Positions 52,615-59,989 of a stretch of DNA of 59,989 nt are shown here, piece by piece (the first letter of the stretch is position 1; each line of letters opens with the position of its first letter). Origin of the DNA: Octopus sinensis. Its lineage: Eukaryota. The DNA lies in assembly GCF_006345805.1 (NCBI RefSeq), contig NW_021835452.1:1-59989 (forward strand), given 5' to 3'. The notes beneath the pieces are model-generated. The model had not been told where the DNA came from. It saw only the letters and a list, made by a program, of their open reading frames with translations, and made no database searches. A program made the position numbers and the translations under genes.

Positions 52615-53040
52615 GATGCAGCGAGAAGGAAGAATCGCTAGCACGCCAGAAGAAAAAATGCTTGCCAGCATTTCGTTGGTCGTTACAATGTGAGTTCAAA
52701 TTCCGCCTTGGTCCACTTTGCCTTTCATCTTTTCGGAGTCGATAATTTATGTACCAGTGAAACACTGGTGTCGATGTAATTGAGTAGACCCCCTTCCCGC
52801 ACAATTTCAGGCCTTGTGCCTATAGTAGAAAGGATTATTATTATTTTTATTATTACCATTATTTTTATGGCATCAATGAGGCAGAGTTTTTAGCATGCTA
52901 GACGAAATGCTTAACGGAGTTCAATTTCCGCAGCGGTCGACTTTGCCTTCGATTATTTCAGGGTCGATAAATTAAGTACTAGTGAAACAGTGAGACCTAT
53001 GTAAAAAAATTGAAGCCTTGCGCCTCCTGTAGAAAGGTTT
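52613..53040 (+). mobile_element. two family-B SINE copies ending in (ATT)n
   Basis: gagttcaaattccgcc..ctttgcctttcatc..gtcgata..ggccttgtgcctatagtagaaaggattattatt. Second, degenerate copy at about 52870-53040. Confidence 0.75.
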
Positions 53041-53074
53041 ATTATTATTATGAATAATATTTTTTAGCAGTCTT

Positions 53075-54325
53075 GTGTTTATGGCGTACTTTCTCTACAC
53101 AAAGGAGCACAGCTATGTGTGCCTAAGATATGTGCTGGGGTTTCTTGTGCTGCTCATATATTCACGGTATTGAAAGTGTTTTACGTAGGATGTGTGCAGT
53201 GCCTCATAGTACTATTTTCTGTATGTTATATATACTTGTAAGCCCTGGTGTTTTTGATATGTATTTGTCTGAATGTTTTTTTTATCATACCTAATGCGCC
53301 TAATATAATAGGAATTGTTACTGTTTTCAGGATGCACTTTTGAGTAACCTCTGTTTCCAGATTTTGTATTTTGAAAGTTTTAGAGAAACGTTGCCATTTG
53401 TTGGTATTGATACATCAGTTAGAAAAGGTTTTTGTTTTCCTTGTTGATCTCTGACAACTATGTCGTGTCTATTAGCCTTCATTTCTCTATCTGTGTTTAT
53501 TGGCCTATCCTAGAATATGGTGGCTTTCTCATTTTCTGTGGCCTTTTCTGGCGTGTGCCTATACCACCTTTTTTTAATCTTCTTATTCCATAGTTTTGGC
53601 ATAGCTTCCAGTTTATATAGGTCCCAACTCCGTTGTGTCTGTGAATATAGTCCTTCTTAGCCAGGACTGGGCACTCAGTGCCAGAGATTTATCGTTTCTT
53701 CTCCATCACCACTTATTCTGCAGCTACTTGCATTTTTTTTTCATTACATATTTTTGGTGATTTCTGGCGGGAAGATTTTGATCATATGCTGCAATTAAAA
53801 TCCTTCAGTCTCTGCTTTGAGTTCCTGAGCTTCTCAGCCACTGTTGGGATTTTGCTTAGTCTATTTCTTTTTTGTTTAGCTTAACCCAATATTTGCCTGA
53901 AGGCGCTTTACTTGCCATCGTTTTATCATGATCCTTTCCAGTCCCAGTTTTACTTTGGATTTTAGTTGTTTTACAAGTTTTATTGTTTCTTCTTTATCTT
54001 CATAGTTGCTAGGTGCTATGACTTCGTTTCTGTATATGTCAGCTTCCTTAAAGACAGAAAATAGTTCTTTGTTTTGTGCGTGTATTATAGCTATTTGTAT
54101 TAGTTTTCCTTGCTTCTGAAGTAGATTTTCTGTAGTTATATGTTGATTATTTTGTAATAGTTTTCTAACTGTACAAGGCCACTAACCCCTTCGATATATT
54201 GTATATATAGCCTTTTTTATGTCAAATTTTGCGTGGTGGATCCTAAATTCTGGCATTATTTTTCTTGTTTTCCTGTCTATTTTGATTAGTTCATTTAAAA
54301 TCCACTTAAGAATATTGAAAAGAAA
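53075..54325 (-). mobile_element. second 5'-truncated R4/Dong-type fragment
   Basis: Colinear with 9426-10700 over about 1.2 kb (gcgtaggatgtgtgcagtgcct, tctctgacaactat, ttttcttgttttcctgtctattttg), with many substitutions. Confidence 0.85.
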
Positions 54326-54489
54326 GTTAATTTTTAAACTCATAGCATTTTTTGCGAACTAAATTTATCTGTTAATAAATCTGACTCAAATATATATGTA
54401 TATTTATATATATATATATGTGTGGTGGTGTGTCTCCCCTCCTCTCTCTCGCTCTAAAATATATATGTGTTTATATATATATATATTAT

Positions 54490-54535
<46 letters not shown>

Positions 54536-54573
54536 GTAGTATATATATATATATATATATAGTATACTATATA

Positions 54574-54635
<62 letters not shown>

Positions 54636-55049
54636 GTATATATATATATATATATATTGGGGAGATATGTGTAGAGAAATGTATTATTAAAAGAGTGTTT
54701 CGTTTTGCTAAAAATTTATTAAAAACGCGCGTTATGTAATTTGCTGTCTATGCAATGGAATAGGTATTATGTAGATGTCAATGTCGAATAAAGTTCTCTT
54801 TATTTCAAAAAGAATTCTTGTGACTTTTTCGGAACAATTATTTAAATGTCAAATTGTAAATATTGCTTTTCAGTTTTTACGAACATACAAACATTCGTGC
54901 ATGTATATATTATGTACATATACATATGCATATATATCTGTGTGTCTGTGTATGTATCTGTGTAGATGCACATATGCATGTACATTTATGTATTATATAT
55001 ATATATATACACACACAAATATGTATATATACATATGTATTGTATATAA

Positions 55050-55150
55050 GTGCCAGACTTACAAAGAATAAGCCTTGGGTCGATTTCATCGGCTAAACGT
55101 GGTGCTCTAGCATGGCCGCAGTCAAATGACTACATGGAAAAAGAATAAGT
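55050..55150 (+). mobile_element. family-A SINE 3' tail
   Basis: cttacaaagaataagccttgggtcgattt..gcatggccgcagtcaaatgact. Confidence 0.7.
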
Positions 55151-57379
55151 GAATTAACAAAAATATTCCAATTGGAACTTGGCAAGATTTATTCATTAAA
55201 AGGTAAATGAAATGATTCGCACTAATCCATAGCATTAATCAGATGTGGCAGTGTTTAGTTGACACTCACATTAGTTGTTTTCTTCAAACAATAAACAAAA
55301 CGTGTTGTATTAGAATAAAGTAAGAAATATTACTTATTATATAACTTATGCCTCTTGGTTTCATCATTATAAGAAAGCATACATTACAACAGTCGATTTC
55401 GAAACAGCTCAGTAAAATCGTTAGAGAGATTCTTTTCAAACCCTCCTTAGTGCTTAGTTCAAAAGCTTTCGTCATTAACTTTCAACAAAATATAATCCAG
55501 AGAATTTATAAGATTTTCATTGCGGCCTAAGTAAATATACTTCGTTACTTTTAAGCTTATTTTGTATGTAAAGCACTTAACAAAATGGTGTATTTTATGG
55601 TTTTGTTTTAGACAAGAATATATGAAGTATTATTCCATTCTGTTCGCTTTAGAACTCAGGGAAAACCCCAAGACTTTATAATAATTCTTAATACATTAAA
55701 ACTAATATTTTCTATTCATTGAAATATATTCCTGTTATCTATTCATCTCTTAAATCATACCAAAGACAAGCACATTATACTGGGATCGATAGCTTTTATG
55801 TTATCTTTCATATATTCAGTTTTGAGAAAATGTATATTTTGAAATTCTCTATGTCAAAGAACGTGAAAATAATACGGATTTTAGAAGAATTATGACCTTG
55901 GTATTAACGCGGATGTAACGATCGACATAAGTGGCACTAGTACATGAATGATATTTATTTTCTCAATACTTAACATGATAAGTGACAAAGCCTGTTTTAA
56001 CGAGCAATTCATTCATAATATAGTGAGATGTATGCATGCAAACACACACACAAATAGTGAACTGATGGCGCGTTGCAGTAAATGGCATACCAGCAGGAAA
56101 AAATTAAGTGTAGCACAGGTAAAATTCTATAATAAATCAAGGTGGAAAAGAAGAGAAGATAAGGGTTTAAAACTAATGAAATTGAATTTGGAATTAAACG
56201 GAATGACATTTTTTGAAGGGCTGGTAATGAAGTAAAAACAGTGAGGGAAAGCAGCGTTTGGATGATGTAGTTCTATATAACCATAGCACTCTGGTATGTA
56301 GGTCTAACTGAGATCACCCCTTGCGGTTCATAATGTCTTACTGAAGACAACTCAAATATTGTGCATTTCGTAGATGGAAGGTTTTTCGTTCTTGAAATTA
56401 TTTTTTACATCACGTGTACCAACTAGGTGTTTTTGTCTACCCCAGCAACTTTAGATCTCTTGTCTCAGCACTCTCAAATGGATCAGCACCCTTAATGCTT
56501 TATAGCATTTAGTGGTAATTCGTTCTTAGAAACCCATTTTGACTTTTTTCTCAAACGTCATTTCTCTTCAGCTCCGTTTTAAAACCCGCCCTTACTGTGA
56601 TACAAAAGTGACGGCAAGTCACAGATCCACATCATTTTGAATTCCTCTTATTGTCACGTGTTTAATTCTTTGCCCTATTTAGTGGGGCAAAAGTGTATGG
56701 GTGGAGTTATATCAAAACAATTCAGTTTGCAGGTGAACAAAGTCCTCGTTTTCAAAAGTGCAGTTGTCGCTAACATAAATCTTTCCCCTTTCTACTGACA
56801 AACATTTCTCCCGAAATTTCTTTCAGCGAATGCTTCTTATTGCTGTCTTGATAATAATTCGCTTCCAACGCTATTCTTTCTTTAACATATAAACATTTTC
56901 TTCCGCTTTCTTGTGAATTAGAACTTTCGGCCCAAAACACTGATTTTACAAAATATTTTCAATTCTTTTTTCTGAGACATATTATTTATTGCAACAGAAA
57001 AAAGACTAGGTTCAACAAATATGAATGACTTAGAATGTTTGTCACTTTGCTAGTATTAGATACTGTGGTCAGTATCTTCGTAATTATTTGTTAGATGGTT
57101 CGAAATATTTTTCTTCGATTTTTCGTTTATGAAGATGTTTATAATTTTTTTCCTTGTACAATCTCTGTTGCAAATGCTGCAGTATCATGTCTTTCGTTTG
57201 TGTTTGTACTCTGTGTGTAACTGTCAGTTGTTTTCCTCTTGGGATGTGGTTAGAAAAAGTTAGTAATATAAATAAAATCAAATGATTTTCATTTCTAACG
57301 CGTTTATCGGAACACCACGAAGTTCTGAAGTCATTAAAATCGTGTAAAATACGCAAAATCAAATTTCATCTGGCATTGT

Positions 57380-57772
57380 CTGAATACCACCAACAAATAT
57401 AACATCACCACCACCACCACCAACAACAACAACAGCAATAACAATGATAATGGTACCAATAATAATGATGGCAGATTTTGGTGTGGATGGGGATAAACAA
57501 ATACGTAGTACTTTTGCAGTGTTTGTTGATGAATAATGACCATGATTATGAAGGTGGTGAGCGCGGATGAAGATAATGAAGAAGGGAAGGAGGAGGAGGA
57601 TAATGATGATGAGGAAGGGAAGAGGAGGGGGACGACGATGGTGATGAGGTTCGTGGTACGGCCCTGGAACTCGCGTTTGCGGTTTGCATACTAATGATGA
57701 CATGGGTAATAACACTGATCACCACCCTCACGGGCATCGTTTCCATCGACATTTCCTTGCATCATCATCATT

Positions 57773-57808
<36 letters not shown>

Positions 57809-58107
57809 GTCAACATCATAACCACGATCATCATCACCACTCAACTACTTTACCGCCACTACCCCACACCATCATCATCGTTATCGTTTTCGTTACCATC
57901 ATCATCGTCATCAACACGATCATCGCAAACATCACAATCATCATCATCAGCAGCAGCATCATCATCATCAAGACAATACCTTTCCCACCATCACTATCAT
58001 CATCGCCATTGTCAACATTTGCATCAACATCCTGTTCACCCTGCACCACCACCTCCTCCTCCTCCTCCTCCACATCATCATCTTCATGATAATCAACATT
58101 ATTTCAG

Positions 58108-58159
<52 letters not shown>

Positions 58160-58170
58160 TAATAATAACA
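57380..58170. repeat. imperfect (CAT)n/(GAT)n/(AAT)n trinucleotide field
   Basis: Directly visible. Source of the poly-H and poly-I ORFs. Confidence 0.9.
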
Positions 58171-58816
58171 ACAGAAATAATTACAATGGTTGATTAATTA
58201 GGCATGAAGACAAGTAATCGAGTAGAAATAACTGCCGTGTATCAGTGATTGATAATCGATTACTTTATGATGCCTATAATATCGCCAACCCATTTTCTCA
58301 AAGTTGTTTCGTTATTTTTTTCCTTCTTTATTTCTTAGTTATTAAAATAGGATATCATAACACCGAATCACACAACCAAGTGAGTCTTTTTTTTTCTTAT
58401 TTATTTTACGTTTATTTTCTTCGGTATTTCATTTCTTTAGTTTTTTTAAATTAATAGCGACTCTCATTTAATATTAATGGCCGCGTTACGCTATGTTCCT
58501 CCGCAAGTTAATATTATTTTTTTATTCGCTTCAAGCACAACGTCCATAAAAAAAATCATCGTTAACATCGCTATTTTCTCGGATGTTGCCGCTGTTGCTA
58601 TCATCATCCTGCTGCTGTTGCTGTTGTTAGGTATTTTTGTTGATGTTGTTGTTGTTGTTGTTTTTGTCGTTGGTTTTTAACCCCATGCCAGCTCTAATCG
58701 TGCAGTCATATGATCAAAGCTGATCCTCTCTATTGTTTTCTTTTATTTTTAATCATTCTTTTGTTATTTTTTCAGGTATAATGTATGTAAGACAGCTTCT
58801 ATTATATATATATATG

Positions 58817-59031
58817 CTCTTTTATTTTGTTTCAGTCATTTTGACTGCGGTCATGCTGGAGCACCGCCTTTAGTCGAGCAAATCAACCCCGGGACTTATT
58901 CTCCGTAAGCCCAGTACTTATTCTATCGGTCTCTTTTGCCGAACCGCAAAGTGACGGGGACGTAAACACACCAGCATCGGTTGTCAAGCAATGCTAGAGG
59001 GACAAACACAGGCACACAAACATATATACGC

Positions 59032-59089
<58 letters not shown>

Positions 59090-59225
59090 GACAGGCCTCT
59101 TTCAGTTTACGTCTACCAATCCACTGCTATAGCAGAAGACACTTGCCCAAGGTGCCATGCAGTGGGACTGAACCCGGAACCATGTGGTTGGTTAGCAAGC
59201 TACCTACCACACAGCCACTCCTGCG

Positions 59226-59227
<2 letters not shown>
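58817..59227 (-). mobile_element. family-A SINE, full length, within (TA)n
   Basis: Reverse complement of the 3325-3747 copy, with a longer internal (TA)n. Ends ccacacagccactcctgcgcc. Confidence 0.9.
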
Positions 59228-59269
<42 letters not shown>

Positions 59270-59564
59270 CTTCCCTTAACGTTTACCGAATGCAATCGAG
59301 TAATTTGAAGGAGATTTGATTTCTGTTACTAGCAAGTCAAATGGCCGCCTAAATACTCCTTCATTGCCTTTATCGGATATTTGAAATACGGGAGTAAATA
59401 ACATTGCACTTCAGAGTTTGAAGAGTAAATGCTGGATTCGGGAATGGTAAAAATAGTTTCACTGAATTGAACGTCTTTTGTTATCCTTGTTCATATTTAA
59501 TTATGGCAGTTCTTTAAAATGTTTCACAACAACAAAAACAACAAGAACAATAATAATAATAATA

Positions 59565-59610
<46 letters not shown>

Positions 59611-59611
<1 letters not shown>

Positions 59612-59989
59612 GGATAGAGGAGGAGCAAAAGAGATGGACAGGAAGTCAAGAAAGCTCCTAACGATGCATGGAGCTCATCATCCGCGTGCATACATTGATC
59701 ACCTCTACATGAAGAGGGAAAATGGAGGAAGAGGACCGATAAGTGTGGAAGACTGCGTGTGTTTCGAACTCGAGAGCTTAATAAGATACCTAGCCCAAAG
59801 TAAGGAAACGTTGTTAGTGACAGCTAGGAACGAGGGAAAGCAGAGAATAAAGAAAAACAAATGAAGAGGTACAAAAAGGACATGATGAAAAATTACGCAA
59901 GCAGGGACTATACAATCAATTCCATATAGCCACAACAGAAGTGGCTGGATAAAATATGTGGGATAGGTTGATGAATGGAACACAAAAAA
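59611..59989 (+). mobile_element. third R4/Dong-type fragment, starting right after (AAT)n and running off the window
   Basis: MDRKSRKLLTMHGAHHPRAYIDHLYMKRENGGRGPISVEDC matches the DRKTRK..HPKSD.RLY..R..GGRGL motif. Confidence 0.8.

Noticed and set aside
55948-57362. Short ORFs in AT-rich unique DNA
   Set aside because: No motifs and no homology I recognise. They could be exons but cannot be supported from sequence alone.

Overview
Repeat-dominated, AT-rich animal genomic DNA with no host gene I can identify. The microsatellite density and the tRNA-derived SINE families resemble those I recall from Octopus genomes; this is recognition, not a database result. Most ORFs in the track are translations of microsatellites. 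Recognisable elements: (1) a full-length Tx1-clade non-LTR retrotransposon at about 27.6-33.8 kb, with a CCHC ORF1 and an APE endonuclease-RT-CCHC ORF2, broken mainly by single-base homopolymer indels and one 19-bp duplication; (2) three 5'-truncated R4/Dong-type non-LTR fragments, two of them abutting long (TAA)n tracts; (3) several Tc1/mariner fossils and a probable hAT fossil; (4) many copies of three SINE families. The main discovery is the 45.3-50.8 kb array: ten near-identical 489-bp units, a partial unit, a fold-back junction and one inverted unit. Each unit carries a type I hammerhead ribozyme on the minus strand (8-bp stem I, CUGAUGA, long stem II, GAAA, palindromic stem III, GUA cleavage site). 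This fits a retrozyme-like, Penelope-mobilised circular-RNA element. A second complete hammerhead of different sequence lies at 14142-14204 in a 574-bp-period element, and a minimal Penelope-type hammerhead lies at 19900-19945. All three insertions have an inverted copy at the 5' end. No ribozyme activity or expression can be shown from sequence alone.
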